A stretch of DNA of 64,000 nt from an uncultured Clostridium sp. (GTDB lineage: Bacteria > Bacillota > Clostridia > TANB77 > CAG-508), in contig CAOKGO010000005.1 of assembly GCA_948468045.1 (NCBI GenBank), positions 3,760-67,759 of the forward strand, read 5' to 3'. Below are positions 29,192-41,277 of this stretch, piece after piece; the stretch's first letter is position 1, and every line of letters starts with the position of its first letter. The notes below the pieces were generated by a model that ran no database searches, was not told the DNA's origin, and saw only the letters and a list, made by a program, of their open reading frames with translations. The position numbers were made by a program, and so were the translations under genes.

Positions 29192-30463
29192 ATGAAAACA
29201 TTATTAAAAAATGGACTACTAATAGACTACAAGACAAACACATTTGAAAAAAAAGATATTTTAATTGAAGATAACAAAATCGTAAAAATCGGAAATGATA
29301 TTTCTGTTTCTACAGATAAAACAATTGACTGTACTAATTTTTATATTATGCCTGGAATGATTGATATGCACTGCCATTTAAGAGAACCTGGATTTGAACA
29401 TAAAGAAACAATCGAAACAGGTAGCAAAAGCGCCGTTAGTGGTGGTTTTACTACAATTTGTCCAATGCCAAATACAAAACCAACACCAGATAGCGCTATT
29501 GTTTTGCAAAAAATTATAGAAACAGCTAAAAAAGTCAATCTATGTAATGTTCTTCCATATGCATCTGTGTCAAAAGGAGAAAAAGGAGAAGAACTAGTTG
29601 ATTTTGCAGAATTAAAAAAATCAGGAGCAATTGCATTTTCAGATGATGGAATGCCAGTTGTAAATAGTAAAATGATGAGAGAAGCAATAATAGAAGCAGA
29701 CAAATTAGGAACATTTGTAGCATCACATTGTGAAGAAAAATCAGTTGCAGCAGGAGCTATAAATGCTGGAAAAGTAGCAGAACAATTAGGAGTAAATGGA
29801 GTATTGCCAGAAGCAGAAGAAATCATGGCAGCAAGAGAAATAGTAATTTCAGAAACAAACAATGTAAGAGCTCATATATGCCATATAAGCACTAAAACTA
29901 CAAAAAATATGGTAAGAGATGCTAAAAAAAGAGGAGTAAAAATTACTTGTGAAACTTGCCCACACTATTTCACATTTACAGTAGACGAAGTTTTAAAATC
30001 AGGTGTAAATGCTAAAATGAACCCACCTTTAAGAGAAGAAAAAGATAGACAAGCAATAATTGAAGGACTAAAAGAAGGAACAATAGATGCTATAATAACA
30101 GACCATGCACCACATGCAGAAGATGAAAAAAATAAAGGCTTAGAAACAGCACCAAATGGAATTATTGGATTTGAAACAGCATTATCAGCAGAAATTATGA
30201 ACTTAATAGATACAGGAGATTTAACATACTTAGACCTAGTTAGGCTAACATCGTATAATCCAGCTAAATTGCTAGGAATTGATAGGGGAACAATTGAAGA
30301 AGGAAAAATAGCTGATATTACTATATTTGACCCAAATGAAACTTATACATATACAAAAGAAATGATAGTATCAAAAGCAAAAAATAGTCCATTCATTGGA
30401 AAAGAACTAAAAGGAAGAGTTCAATATACAATTGTTAATGGAAGAATAGTTTATAAAAAATAA
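29192..30463 (+). CDS. pyrC: Dihydroorotase
   Basis: DMHCHLREPG, MPNT, KMNPPLR, TDHAPH. Confidence 0.95.
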   Translation: MKTLLKNGLLIDYKTNTFEKKDILIEDNKIVKIGNDISVSTDKTIDCTNFYIMPGMIDMHCHLREPGFEHKETIETGSKSAVSGGFTTICPMPNTKPTPDSAIVLQKIIETAKKVNLCNVLPYASVSKGEKGEELVDFAELKKSGAIAFSDDGMPVVNSKMMREAIIEADKLGTFVASHCEEKSVAAGAINAGKVAEQLGVNGVLPEAEEIMAAREIVISETNNVRAHICHISTKTTKNMVRDAKKRGVKITCETCPHYFTFTVDEVLKSGVNAKMNPPLREEKDRQAIIEGLKEGTIDAIITDHAPHAEDEKNKGLETAPNGIIGFETALSAEIMNLIDTGDLTYLDLVRLTSYNPAKLLGIDRGTIEEGKIADITIFDPNETYTYTKEMIVSKAKNSPFIGKELKGRVQYTIVNGRIVYKK

Positions 30464-30493
30464 TAATGTAAATAAAAAAGAAGGGAAAAAACA

Positions 30494-31417
30494 ATGAATG
30501 CAATAGATAATTTAATAGAAAAAATCAAGAAAACCAATAACCCAACTGTAATGGGTTTAGATCCAAGATATGAAATGTTACCAAAATGTGTAACAAATAA
30601 ATATCCCCAAAATTTAGAGGGAGTATCAAAAGCAATAATTGAATTTAACAAAGCATTAATAGACGCAACATATGACATCATACCAGCAATTAAGCCTCAA
30701 ATTGCATTTTATGAAATGTATGGAATTCCAGGAATGGAAAGTTTTAAAGAAACTTGCAGATATGCCAAAGAAAAAGGAATGATTGTAATTGCAGATATTA
30801 AAAGAGGAGATATTGGTTCAACAGCAACAGGATATTCAAACGCTTTTTTAGGAAAAACAAAAATAGGAGAAGAAGAACAATCAATTTATGATGTTGACTT
30901 TGTAACTGTAAACCCATACATGGGAACTGATTGCGTAAAGCCATTTATAGAAGACTGCAAAAAATATGATAAAGGAATATTTATATTAGCAAAAACATCA
31001 AATCCATCATCAGGAGAATTACAAGATTTAAAATTAGAAAATCAAAAAGAAGTATATATACAAATAGCAGAATTAGTCGAAAAATGGGGAGAAGAGTTAA
31101 GAGGGAAATACCAATATAGTAGTGTTGCAGCAGTAGTTGGAGCAACATATCCAGAACAACTAAAACAAATAAGAAAAGTTGCACCACATACATATTTTTT
31201 AATACCAGGATATGGTGCACAAGGTGGAAAAGCAAATGATATTGCACTTGGTTTTGATAGTAATGGACTAGGTGGAATAGTAAATGCTTCAAGAAGCTTA
31301 ATGTGTGCATATAAATCAGAAAATTGGAAAAATCAAGTAACAGAAGAAGAATACTATAAAGCTACAAGATTAGAAGCTCTAAGAATGAGAGACGAGTTAA
31401 ATCAAGCAATAAACTAA
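30494..31417 (+). CDS. pyrF: Orotidine-5'-phosphate decarboxylase
   Basis: GLDP, DIKRGDIGST, LIPGYGAQGG. Confidence 0.95.
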   Translation: MNAIDNLIEKIKKTNNPTVMGLDPRYEMLPKCVTNKYPQNLEGVSKAIIEFNKALIDATYDIIPAIKPQIAFYEMYGIPGMESFKETCRYAKEKGMIVIADIKRGDIGSTATGYSNAFLGKTKIGEEEQSIYDVDFVTVNPYMGTDCVKPFIEDCKKYDKGIFILAKTSNPSSGELQDLKLENQKEVYIQIAELVEKWGEELRGKYQYSSVAAVVGATYPEQLKQIRKVAPHTYFLIPGYGAQGGKANDIALGFDSNGLGGIVNASRSLMCAYKSENWKNQVTEEEYYKATRLEALRMRDELNQAIN

Positions 31418-31480
31418 CCAAATGGGCATATTTGGGACAGGCACAGAAGTACCCAAAACGAAAAGTAAGGAGGAATTATT

Positions 31481-32272
31481 ATGCCAGAAATGTTATTAGC
31501 AAAATTAGTAAAAAAAGAAAAATTAAATTCAGATATTTTTAAATTTAGTGTAGAAGCACCAAGTATTGTTAAAACATCAAAACCAGGAAACTTCATTGAA
31601 ATAAGAGTTTCAGACCAAGTTGAGCCATTTTTAAGAAGACCTATTAGTATTTATAATATGGATAGAGAAAATGGCATTTTGGAATTTATTTTTCAAGTGA
31701 AAGGAAAAGGAACTAAAATTTTAGCACAAAGAGAAGTAGGAGACAATATTGATATTATAGGTCCTCTAGGGTATGGAACTTTTAAATATGAACAATATAA
31801 AAATCTTGCTATTATTGGTGGAGGTATAGGAGTTTTTCCTTTATATGAATTAGCAAAATGTGCTAAAAAAGATGAGAAAAAAGTAAATATATATTTAGGA
31901 TATAGAAGTAAAGATTTTGTTGTATTAGAGGAAGAATTCAAACAAGTTTCAGATAACTTTATTTTAACAACAGATGATGGTAGTTATAGTCAAAAAGGAT
32001 ATGCTATTCAATTTTTAGAAAAAGATATAGATGAAGGAAAAGTAGATGCAATATTTGCTTGTGGTCCATTACCTATGTTGAAAGCAGTACAAAAATTAGC
32101 AAATGAAAAAAGTATTCCTTGTCAAATATCATTAGAAGAAAAAATGGCTTGTGGTCTAGGTGTTTGTTTGGGGTGTGCAGTAAAAACAACAAAGAGTTCA
32201 AAAGAAGCTCCAGAATATTTGCATGTTTGCAAGGCAGGACCAGTATTCAATAGTAAAGATGTAGAAATTTAG
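31481..32272 (+). CDS. pyrK: Dihydroorotate dehydrogenase electron transfer subunit
   Basis: LRRPISI, GGGIG, EEKMACGLGVCLGC. Confidence 0.93.
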   Translation: MPEMLLAKLVKKEKLNSDIFKFSVEAPSIVKTSKPGNFIEIRVSDQVEPFLRRPISIYNMDRENGILEFIFQVKGKGTKILAQREVGDNIDIIGPLGYGTFKYEQYKNLAIIGGGIGVFPLYELAKCAKKDEKKVNIYLGYRSKDFVVLEEEFKQVSDNFILTTDDGSYSQKGYAIQFLEKDIDEGKVDAIFACGPLPMLKAVQKLANEKSIPCQISLEEKMACGLGVCLGCAVKTTKSSKEAPEYLHVCKAGPVFNSKDVEI

Positions 32273-32386
32273 TTACATTTTTCTAATTAAAATTTTAATA
32301 TAAATAAGTAGCTATTTTGGTTGTATAGAAAAAATCAAAGATTTTACTATTACAACAAAAATACATTAGAAAGGAAAGATAGTAAA

Positions 32387-33295
32387 ATGAATACAAAAGT
32401 TAATTTAGCAGGAATTGAAATGAAAAATCCAGTAACAGTTGCATCAGGAACATTTGGATATGGAAGAGAATTCAGTAATTTTTTTGATTTAAGTAAATTA
32501 GGTGGAATCATCACAAAAGGAACATCATTAAAAGCTAGAGCTGGAAACAAACCATCAAGAGTCTGTGAAACAGCAAGTGGAATGTTAAATAGCATTGGTT
32601 TGCAAAATCCAGGAGTAGAATATTTTGCACAAAATGATTTACCATATCTTAGAAAGTTTGATACTGCCATTATTGTTAATGCCTGTGGAAGCAGTATTGA
32701 TGAATATGTAGACCTTTGTAAGATTTTAAACACATTAGATATTGACGGAGTAGAACTTAACTTATCTTGTCCAAATGTAAAGGCAGGTTGTATGGCATTT
32801 GGAAATACATATGATGGTGTAAAACAAGTAACAAAAGAAGTAAGAAAAGTTTTAGACAAACCTTTAATTGTAAAACTAACTCCAAATGTTACAGATATTG
32901 CTTCTATTGCTAAAGCAGTAGAAGATGGTGGGGCAGATGGTGTATCTTTAATTAATACATTATTAGCAATGAAAATAGATATTGAAAAAAGAAGACCAGT
33001 TCTTGCTAACAATACAGGGGGATTATCAGGTCCAGCCATTAAGCCAGTAGCAGTACGTATGGTTTATCAAGTAGCACAAGCAGTTAATATTCCAATACTT
33101 GGTTTAGGTGGAATTGTAAATGGAGAAGATGCTATTGAATTTATGCTAGCAGGAGCAACTGCAATATCTATTGGAGCAGGAAATTTTATGGATCCATATG
33201 TTAGTATAAATACAATTAAAGGAATCGAAGATTACATGAAAAGACACAATATTGAAAATATTAATGATATTGTAGGAACAGTTCAAATGAACTAA
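32387..33295 (+). CDS. pyrD: Dihydroorotate dehydrogenase class 1B
   Basis: [27 protein letters not shown]. Confidence 0.95.
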   Translation: MNTKVNLAGIEMKNPVTVASGTFGYGREFSNFFDLSKLGGIITKGTSLKARAGNKPSRVCETASGMLNSIGLQNPGVEYFAQNDLPYLRKFDTAIIVNACGSSIDEYVDLCKILNTLDIDGVELNLSCPNVKAGCMAFGNTYDGVKQVTKEVRKVLDKPLIVKLTPNVTDIASIAKAVEDGGADGVSLINTLLAMKIDIEKRRPVLANNTGGLSGPAIKPVAVRMVYQVAQAVNIPILGLGGIVNGEDAIEFMLAGATAISIGAGNFMDPYVSINTIKGIEDYMKRHNIENINDIVGTVQMN

Positions 33296-33327
33296 ATAGA
33301 GGTAATTTTAAAGAGAAGTCAGAAAGG

Positions 33328-34405
33328 ATGCCTTTTATGAAAAGAGAGAAAACTAGAAGAATAATGGTAGGAGATACTGCCATTGGTGGACAAAATAAAG
33401 TTGTTATACAATCTATGTGTAATACTAAAACAAAAGACATTACATCTACTATTAATCAAATTTTAGACTTAGAAAAAGCAGGTTGTGAAATTGTTCGTGT
33501 TGCATGTTTAGATAAAGAAGATGCAAAGGCAATTAGGGAGATTAAGAAAAAAATTAATATTCCAATAGTTGCAGATATTCATTTTGATTATCAAATTGCG
33601 TTAGAGGCAATTGAAGCAGGTGTAAACAAAATACGTATTAATCCAGGAAATATAGGCTCAAGGGAAAAAGTTGAAGCAGTAGTTAAGGCTTGTAAAATAA
33701 AAAAAATTCCAATTAGAATAGGGGTAAATAGTGGCTCTTTGGAAAAAGAACTATTAGAAAAATATGGGAAACCAACAGCAAAAGCCATGATAGAAAGTGC
33801 AAAAAGACATATAAAAATATTGGAAGATTTAGACTTTTATGACTATGTAATTTCATTAAAAGCTTCTTCAATAGATTTATGTATTGAAGCATATAAAGAA
33901 GCTTCTAAGCAATTTGATTGTCCACTTCATTTAGGAATTACAGAAGCAGGCACAGAATTTAGTGGAACAATAAAATCAAGCATTGGATTAGGTATTTTAT
34001 TAAGACAAGGAATAGGTGATACAATTCGTATATCTCTTTCAGATGACCCAATCAAAGAAATCAAAGTAGTAAAAGAAATATTAAAAGACTGCAATTTATA
34101 TAACAAATTACCTACTTTAATATCTTGTCCTACTTGTGGAAGAACACAAATTAACTTAATTCCAATTGCAAAAGAAATAGAAAGCTTTTTGCAAACAATA
34201 GAAGCAAATATAACAGTTGCAGTTATGGGATGTGCAGTAAATGGACCACGGAGAAGCAAAAGAAGCAGATATTGGTATAGCAGGAGGAGTAGGAGAAGGA
34301 ATTTTATTTAAAAAAGGTAAAATTATTAGAAAAATAAAACAAGAAAATATGATAGAAGAATTAAAAAAAGAGATTATGATTTTAGTAATAGAACAAAAAA
34401 AATAA
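33328..34405 (+). CDS. ispG: HMBPP synthase with +1 CGG site at 34249
   Basis: [27 protein letters not shown]-[C][13 protein letters not shown]. Confidence 0.95.
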
Positions 34406-34484
34406 CAAAAAAATTAGGATTATGGGAAGTTCCAAAATCCTAATTTTTTATATTATAGGAAAATCTCCGATTTCCCATATAATC

Positions 34485-35003
34485 TTAGTTGTTAGAATCA
34501 TCTGTATTTTCATTTACAGGTGTTACTGGTGTTGAATTTCCTGTTGATGTTGTTTCACTTGATGCACCAACATATTCTGAGCTACCGAAAGCTAAAATCA
34601 TATAGAAAATAGGTGCTAAGAAATATAGTCCAACAGCCCAACCACCATCTTTATTAAATGCTTTTGCTAATTTATAAGATAGAATAGCATTTAATGCAAC
34701 TGGTACAAGCCATCCTATAAATGGAATAATTACTGCTAAGTAAGCCAAAACTAACCATGGAGAAAGACCAGAAATTTTAAATAAAATTACAACATTGTAA
34801 ATAGGAATAATTGACTTCCAACCTTTTTCTCCTGCTTTAGTAAACATTTTCCACATAGCAATAATTTGCACAATATAAATAGCTAATATAATAACTGAAT
34901 AAACCATTAATGCACCAAGAATAGCAGAAGAAGCTACAACAGCATCAGCATTAGAATAGCCACTTGGGTAACTGTATGTAGAATAATAACTAGTGTTGTA
35001 CAT
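34485..35003 (-). CDS. DUF5684-like membrane protein
   Basis: WKMFTKAGEKGWKSIIPIYN. Confidence 0.8.
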   Translation of the reverse strand: MYNTSYYSTYSYPSGYSNADAVVASSAILGALMVYSVIILAIYIVQIIAMWKMFTKAGEKGWKSIIPIYNVVILFKISGLSPWLVLAYLAVIIPFIGWLVPVALNAILSYKLAKAFNKDGGWAVGLYFLAPIFYMILAFGSSEYVGASSETTSTGNSTPVTPVNENTDDSNN

Positions 35004-35323
35004 AAAACAATCCTCCTTTTATTTTTATAGTCAACTTAAGTATAGCATTTTTTTCAAAAAAGTCAATATAAAATGACAATTTTTGTCTTATTGTGAGCAT
35101 TTTTTTATTTTATATTATAGAAAAGTGCCATAGAGCTTTATATAGAACATGCTATACTACAAAAATATAACTAAAATAAAATGTTTCAAATGCTTCAAAA
35201 GGAATGTAACCATATAATATCGACAAAAAATACAAAATTTCTAAAAAAGATTGTATAAAAATTTTTTGTCTGATATAATTGAAGCAATGATTTAATAATA
35301 TATTATTAAGAGGAGGAAAAATT

Positions 35324-35827
35324 ATGCATGAAAATGAAAATAAAAAATGCTGTTGTGGAGAAAACAATAAAAAAGACGCATTTGTAGAAAAACTTTTTGC
35401 AGAGTACCAACCAATCAAAGACAATTTAATTCAAATATTAAACGAAGTACAAGAACATTATGGATATGTACCAATGTGGGTACAAGAAGAATTATCAGAA
35501 TTTTTATCTATACCAATGGCTGAAATTTATGGTGTTGTAACTTTTTATTCGAGATTTTCATTAAAACCAAAAGGAAAATATAACATTTCAGTATGCTTAG
35601 GGACAGCATGCTTCGTTAAAGGTTCACAAAAAATAATGGATAGACTATTAGAAAGACTAAAAATACAACCAGGAGAAACGACAGAAGATGGACTATTTTC
35701 CATAGAAGAAACAAGATGTGTTGGAGCTTGTGGATTAGCCCCAGTCTTTACAGTAAATGGAGAAGTATATGGAAAAGCAACAGTACAAAAACTAGACCAA
35801 GTTTTAGACGAATTAATGAGACAGTAG
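35324..35827 (+). CDS. hydC: NuoE-like 2Fe-2S subunit of a trimeric [FeFe]-hydrogenase
   Basis: VCLGTACFVKG, RCVGACGLAP. Confidence 0.88.
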   Translation: MHENENKKCCCGENNKKDAFVEKLFAEYQPIKDNLIQILNEVQEHYGYVPMWVQEELSEFLSIPMAEIYGVVTFYSRFSLKPKGKYNISVCLGTACFVKGSQKIMDRLLERLKIQPGETTEDGLFSIEETRCVGACGLAPVFTVNGEVYGKATVQKLDQVLDELMRQ

Positions 35828-35974
35828 GGACAGTACTTAAATGTTTCAGTAATTTAGTCGAAAAATGTCTAAATTAATATAATCATTTTACAGGATTTAT
35901 AAAAAGACAAAAAAAGACAATAAATATGAGACAAATCAGACCTGTCCCTACTGTGTCAAAAGGAGGAATGGAAA

Positions 35975-37835
35975 ATGAAAACAATAAATGAACTTCATAA
36001 AATAAGAGAAGAAAAAAGGAAAGAGTTGGACTTAAGAATAAATACAAAAGCAGATACAAGAGAAAAGCACATTTTAGTTTGTCAAGGTACTGGTTGTACT
36101 TCGTCAAAGTCTCCAAAGATTTTAGAAAGTTTTAAAAAGATTATTAAAGAAAAAAATATAGAGAATGTTAGAGTAATTAAAACAGGTTGTTTTGGATTAT
36201 GTGCAAAAGGTCCAATTGTTATTATAAGACCAGAGGATACTTTTTATGCTATGGTAAAACCTGAGGACTGCGAAGAAATTATCCAAACACATATTATTGA
36301 GGGAAATAGAGTTGAAAGATTACTTGCTAAAGATATTGATGGAACTAAGGTAAATAGCCTTGATGACTTAAATTTCTATAAGAAGCAAAAAAGAATTGCC
36401 CTAAAAAATTGTGGTGTTATTAACCCAGAAGAGATTGATGAATATATAGCATTTGATGGATATAAGGCTTTAGAAAAAGTACTTACAAAAATGTCACCAG
36501 AAGAAGTAATAGAAGTAATTAAAAATTCTGGAATTCGTGGTAGAGGTGGTGCAGGTTTCCCAACAGGCAAGAAATGGGAACTAACAAGAGCTTCAGAGGG
36601 AAAACAAAAATATGTAGTTTGTAATGCAGATGAGGGAGATCCTCGGAGCTTTTATGGATAGAAGTATATTAGAGGGTGACCCACATTCTGTTTTAGAAGC
36701 TATGGCAATTGCTGCTTATTGCATTGGTGCAGACAAAGGGTTTATCTATGTAAGGGCAGAATATCCAATAGCTGTTAAACGTCTACAAATTGCAATAAAT
36801 CAAGCAAGAGAATATGGACTACTTGGAACAAAAATATTTGAAACAGATTTCAATTTTGATATTGAAATTAGATTAGGTGCAGGAGCTTTTGTATGTGGAG
36901 AAGAAACAGCATTATTAGAATCAATAGAGGGAAAACGTGGTCAACCAAGAGTAAAACCACCATATCCGGCATCTGCTGGTTTATGGGGAAAACCAACTTT
37001 AATTAATAATGTAGAAACATACAGTAATATTGCTCAAATTATCTTAAATGGAAGCAAATGGTATTCTTCTATTGGTACAGAAAATTCAAAAGGAACAAAA
37101 GTATTTGCATTAGGTGGCAATGTAAACAACATTGGTTTAGTAGAAGTGCCTATGGGAACAACATTAAGAGAAATTGTTTATGAAATTGGTGGAGGAATTC
37201 CAAATGGTAGAGATTTCAAAGCTGCTCAAACAGGAGGACCATCTGGTGGGTGTATTCCAAAAGAACATTTAGATACACCTATTGATTATGAGTCTTTAAA
37301 GCAAATTGGCTCAATGATGGGGTCTGGTGGTTTAATTGTTATGGATGATACAAAGTGTATGGTAAGTTTAGCAAAATTCTACTTGGAATTTACAGTAAGT
37401 GAAAGTTGTGGGAAATGTACACCATGTAGAATAGGAACAAAAAGAATGTTGGAAATATTAGAAAAGCTATGTAATGGTCAAGGCTCAGAATTAGATATTT
37501 ATAAATTAGAAAAACTAGCAGTAAATATCCAAAAAGCAAGTATATGTGGTCTTGGACAAAGTGCACCAAACCCTGTAATTAGTACATTGAAATATTTTAG
37601 AGAAGAATTTAGAGAACATTGTGTTCAAAAACAGTGTAGAGCATTGGAATGTAAAGCAATGTCAAAAATTACAATTCAAGAAGATAAATGTAAAGGTTGT
37701 GGTTTGTGCCAAAAATCTTGTCCTGTAGATGCAATTGAAGGAACTGGAAGAGAAAAAAGAATTATTAATCAAGATAAATGCATTAAATGTGGTACTTGTT
37801 TGACGAATTGTCCGTTTAAGGCAATTGGAAACTAA
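35975..37835 (+). CDS. hydB: NuoF-like FMN/NADH subunit with +1 CGG site at 36644
   Basis: [18 protein letters not shown]-[C]-[17 protein letters not shown]; 619 aa when joined. Confidence 0.92.
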
Positions 37836-37851
37836 AAAAGGAGGAAAAACA

Positions 37852-39603
37852 ATGAAAGAAGAATTAATTACTTTAACCATAGATGGTCAAGAAGTTAAAG
37901 CAAAAAAAGGCACAACTATTCTGCAAGCTGCAAAACAAGCAGGAATTGACATTCCAACACTATGTTTTCTAAAAGACATCAACGAAGTTGGAGACTGTAG
38001 AATGTGTATTGTAGAAGTAGAGGGAAGAAGAGGATTTGCAACTTCTTGTATACAAACAATAGAAGAAGGAATGGTTGTACATACACATAATCCAAATGTA
38101 TTAGAAGCAAGGCATGTAATATTAGACTTAATAATATCAAACCATGCTAAAGACTGCTTAACTTGTACACGTTCAGGAAATTGTGAGCTACAAGCTTTAG
38201 CAACAAAATTTAATGTATTAAATATAGAATTTGAAGGAGAAAGAACAAAACACAAAATAGATGACTTATCTCCATCTATTGTAAGAGATTTTAATAAATG
38301 TATTTTATGCAGAAGATGTGTTGCAGCCTGTAAAAAAGTGCAGAAAATAGGGGCAATTGATTGTATAAATAGAGGATTTGAATCTTGTATTTCAACAGCA
38401 TATGACCACAGCTTAAATGATGTAAATTGTACAAATTGTGGGCAATGTATACAAGCTTGTCCAACAGGAGCATTACATGAAAAAGAAACAATTGATGATG
38501 TTTGGATTAAACTAAAAGACCCTGAAAGTTATGTTATTGTACAAACAGCTCCAGCAGTTCGTGTAGCACTTGGAGAAGAATTTGGAATGCCAATTGGAAC
38601 AAATGTAACTTCAAAAATGGTAACAGCTTTAAAAAGATTAGGATTTGACAAAGTATTTGATACAAATACAGGTGCTGATTTTACAATTATGGAGGAAGCA
38701 AATGAATTTATAGAAAGATTTAAAGAAAACAAATATTTACCTATGATTACATCTTGTAGTCCAGGTTGGGTAAAATATATTGAAATGAATTACCCAGAAC
38801 TATTGCCACATCTATCAACTTGTAAATCACCACATCAAATGTTTGGAGCTTTATTAAAAACATATTATGCTAAAAAAGAAAATATTGACCCAAGCAAAAT
38901 TTATGTAGTATCTGTTATGCCATGTATTGCTAAAAAATTTGAAAGACAAAGAGAAGAAATGAAAAATGGTGAATTATATGATGTAGACAATGTAATTACA
39001 ACACGTGAACTTTCAAGAATGATAAAACAAGCAAATATAGAATTTACAAAATTAGAAGACAGTGAATTTGATAGCCCAATGGGAGAAGCAACAGGAGCTG
39101 CTGCAATTTTTGGAACAACTGGTGGTGTTATGGAAGCAGCACTTCGTACTGCACAAGATACTTTAACAGGAAAGAACTTAGAAAAAATTGACTTTGAACA
39201 AGTACGTGGTGAAGATGGAATTAAAAAAGCAACCGTAAATATAGATAACATAGATATTAAAGTAGTTGCAGCAAGTGGATTAGCAAATGCACAAGAAATA
39301 TTGGAAGAAATAAAAAATGGAAAATCTGATTACCAGTTTGTAGAAATTATGGCATGCCCAGGTGGATGTGTTATGGGTGGTGGTCAACCAATTAAAAGTT
39401 CTAAAGTACGAAGTGAAGTAGATGTTAGAAAATTAAGAGCAGACAGCCTATACTCTATTGATGAGCAAAGCACAATTCGCAAATCACATGAAAATCCTGT
39501 TATTCAAAAAATTTATAAAGAATTTTTAGGAAAACCAGGAAGTGAAAAAGCAGAAGAATTACTACATACAACATATCAAAAAAGAAAAAAATATAATATT
39601 TAA
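37852..39603 (+). CDS. hydA: [FeFe]-hydrogenase catalytic subunit (probably electron-bifurcating)
   Basis: H-cluster motifs TSCSPGW, MPCIAKK, EIMACPGGCVMGGGQP. Confidence 0.95.
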   Translation: MKEELITLTIDGQEVKAKKGTTILQAAKQAGIDIPTLCFLKDINEVGDCRMCIVEVEGRRGFATSCIQTIEEGMVVHTHNPNVLEARHVILDLIISNHAKDCLTCTRSGNCELQALATKFNVLNIEFEGERTKHKIDDLSPSIVRDFNKCILCRRCVAACKKVQKIGAIDCINRGFESCISTAYDHSLNDVNCTNCGQCIQACPTGALHEKETIDDVWIKLKDPESYVIVQTAPAVRVALGEEFGMPIGTNVTSKMVTALKRLGFDKVFDTNTGADFTIMEEANEFIERFKENKYLPMITSCSPGWVKYIEMNYPELLPHLSTCKSPHQMFGALLKTYYAKKENIDPSKIYVVSVMPCIAKKFERQREEMKNGELYDVDNVITTRELSRMIKQANIEFTKLEDSEFDSPMGEATGAAAIFGTTGGVMEAALRTAQDTLTGKNLEKIDFEQVRGEDGIKKATVNIDNIDIKVVAASGLANAQEILEEIKNGKSDYQFVEIMACPGGCVMGGGQPIKSSKVRSEVDVRKLRADSLYSIDEQSTIRKSHENPVIQKIYKEFLGKPGSEKAEELLHTTYQKRKKYNI

Positions 39604-39769
39604 TATGTTATAGGAAAAAATTTATAAAAACCCTTGAATATTTTATAAAAATATAGTATATTCTTTCAAGAGGTACAAAAAATGACAAAATTTTTTAAAA
39701 ATATACAAGAAATGAATACTTTTAACATTGCAGTTTTAGAAGCTGTTGCTTTTATATTTATTTGTTTTT

Positions 39770-39806
39770 TAAGATATTAATTTCATTTGAAGTTAATATC
39801 TTTTTT
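39770..39806 (+). terminator. Leader terminator (possible attenuator) upstream of the uracil permease
   Basis: aagatattaatttc...gaagttaatatctttttt between a promoter-like sequence and the RBS. Confidence 0.5.
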
Positions 39807-39844
39807 GTATCATCTAAAATAAAAATTAAAAGGGGGACTTTCAA

Positions 39845-41173
39845 ATGGAAGAACAAAAACTATTATTGGATGTAAACGAAAAACCAAAAATTGCTAAATG
39901 GATTGTTTTAGCAATACAACATGTTTTTGCCATGTTTGGAGCAACTATATTAGTACCAATTTTAGTAAATTCTACAGCAGGGGAAACAGTACTTACTATA
40001 CCAGTTGCTTTAGTTACTTCAGGAATTGGAACACTAATTTATATTTTATGCACAAAAGGAAAATCACCAGTATATTTAGGAAGCTCATTTGCTTTTATTG
40101 CACCACTTGCAGCAGCTTTCTTAAAAGGTGGAACAAGTGGAGCAATGACAGGAGTCATGGCAGTAGGACTAATTTATGTAATTTTTGCAATAATTGTTAA
40201 ATTTGTTGGAAAAAATTGGCTTGACAAATTATTACCACCAATTGTAATAGGACCTATGATAATGATTATCGGGCTAGGTTTAGCACCAAGTGCTATATCA
40301 CAAATAGGGCTTGGAACTGGCAGTGAAATTGACTTAAGAGGAGTTGCAGTTGCATTAATCACTTTTTTAACAACAGCAATTGTAATGGTTAGAGGAAAAG
40401 GATTTATAAAAATAATACCATTTTTAATTGGTATTTTAGTAGGATATATTTCAGCTATATGTTTTGGCTTAGTCAATTTTGCGCCAGTATTAGAGGCTTC
40501 TTTCTTTAGTATGCCAAGCTTTATGATACCATTTGCAAGCTATATGCCAGACTTTTCGGCACTTCTTACAATAGCACCAATTGCTTTAGTTACAATGTGT
40601 GAACATATTGGAGACCATACAGCATTAGGTTCAATTATAGGAAAAGATTTATTAAAAGAACCAGGATTAGACAAAACTTTACTAGGAGATGGTATAGCAA
40701 CATTTATAGCAGGACTTTTAGGTGGACCAGCAAATACTACTTATGGTGAAAATACATCAGTTGTAGGAATGACAAAAGTAGCTTCTATTTGGGTTATTGG
40801 TTTAGCAGCAATATTTGCAATTTGCCTAGGATTTTTAGGAAAATTCACAGCAATAGTTTCAAGTATTCCAAACCCTGTATTAGGAGGAGTTTCATTATTA
40901 CTTTATGGTTTCATTGCAGTTAATGGGTTGAAAGTACTTATTCAAAATCAAATAGATTTTGGAAAATCTAAAAATGTTGTTGTAGCTTCAACAATGTTAG
41001 TTTTAGGTTTAGGGGGAGCAGCCATATCAATTGTTTCAGGAGACTTATCTATCACAATATCTGGAATGAGCTTAGCTGCTATAATTGGAATCTTATTAAA
41101 TCTTTGTTTACCAGAAGAAAAACAAGAAATTAAACAAGAGAAAAAAGAAGAAAAAGTAAAAGAAACAGTTTAA
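39845..41173 (+). CDS. uraA: Uracil permease (NCS2 family)
   Basis: QHVFAMFGAT, YLGSSFAF, NTTYGEN. Confidence 0.92.
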   Translation: MEEQKLLLDVNEKPKIAKWIVLAIQHVFAMFGATILVPILVNSTAGETVLTIPVALVTSGIGTLIYILCTKGKSPVYLGSSFAFIAPLAAAFLKGGTSGAMTGVMAVGLIYVIFAIIVKFVGKNWLDKLLPPIVIGPMIMIIGLGLAPSAISQIGLGTGSEIDLRGVAVALITFLTTAIVMVRGKGFIKIIPFLIGILVGYISAICFGLVNFAPVLEASFFSMPSFMIPFASYMPDFSALLTIAPIALVTMCEHIGDHTALGSIIGKDLLKEPGLDKTLLGDGIATFIAGLLGGPANTTYGENTSVVGMTKVASIWVIGLAAIFAICLGFLGKFTAIVSSIPNPVLGGVSLLLYGFIAVNGLKVLIQNQIDFGKSKNVVVASTMLVLGLGGAAISIVSGDLSITISGMSLAAIIGILLNLCLPEEKQEIKQEKKEEKVKETV

Positions 41174-41277
41174 ATTGCAATATGTTAATAACTAAAAATT
41201 TGAAATTATTATATAAGCAAAAAGGTTGAAACATTTGATTTAGTATATCAGCCTTAGAGAAAGGAATGTGATTAAAA

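Noticed and set aside
29341-38255. Long antisense ORFs (for example 29341-29862, 32350-33039, 37887-38255)
   Set aside because: They are shadow frames opposite well-conserved genes, with no RBS or recognisable motif.
39715-39770. PyrR-binding loop upstream of uraA
   Set aside because: The context fits, but the ARUCCNGNGAGGYU consensus is not recognisable, so only the terminator is reported.
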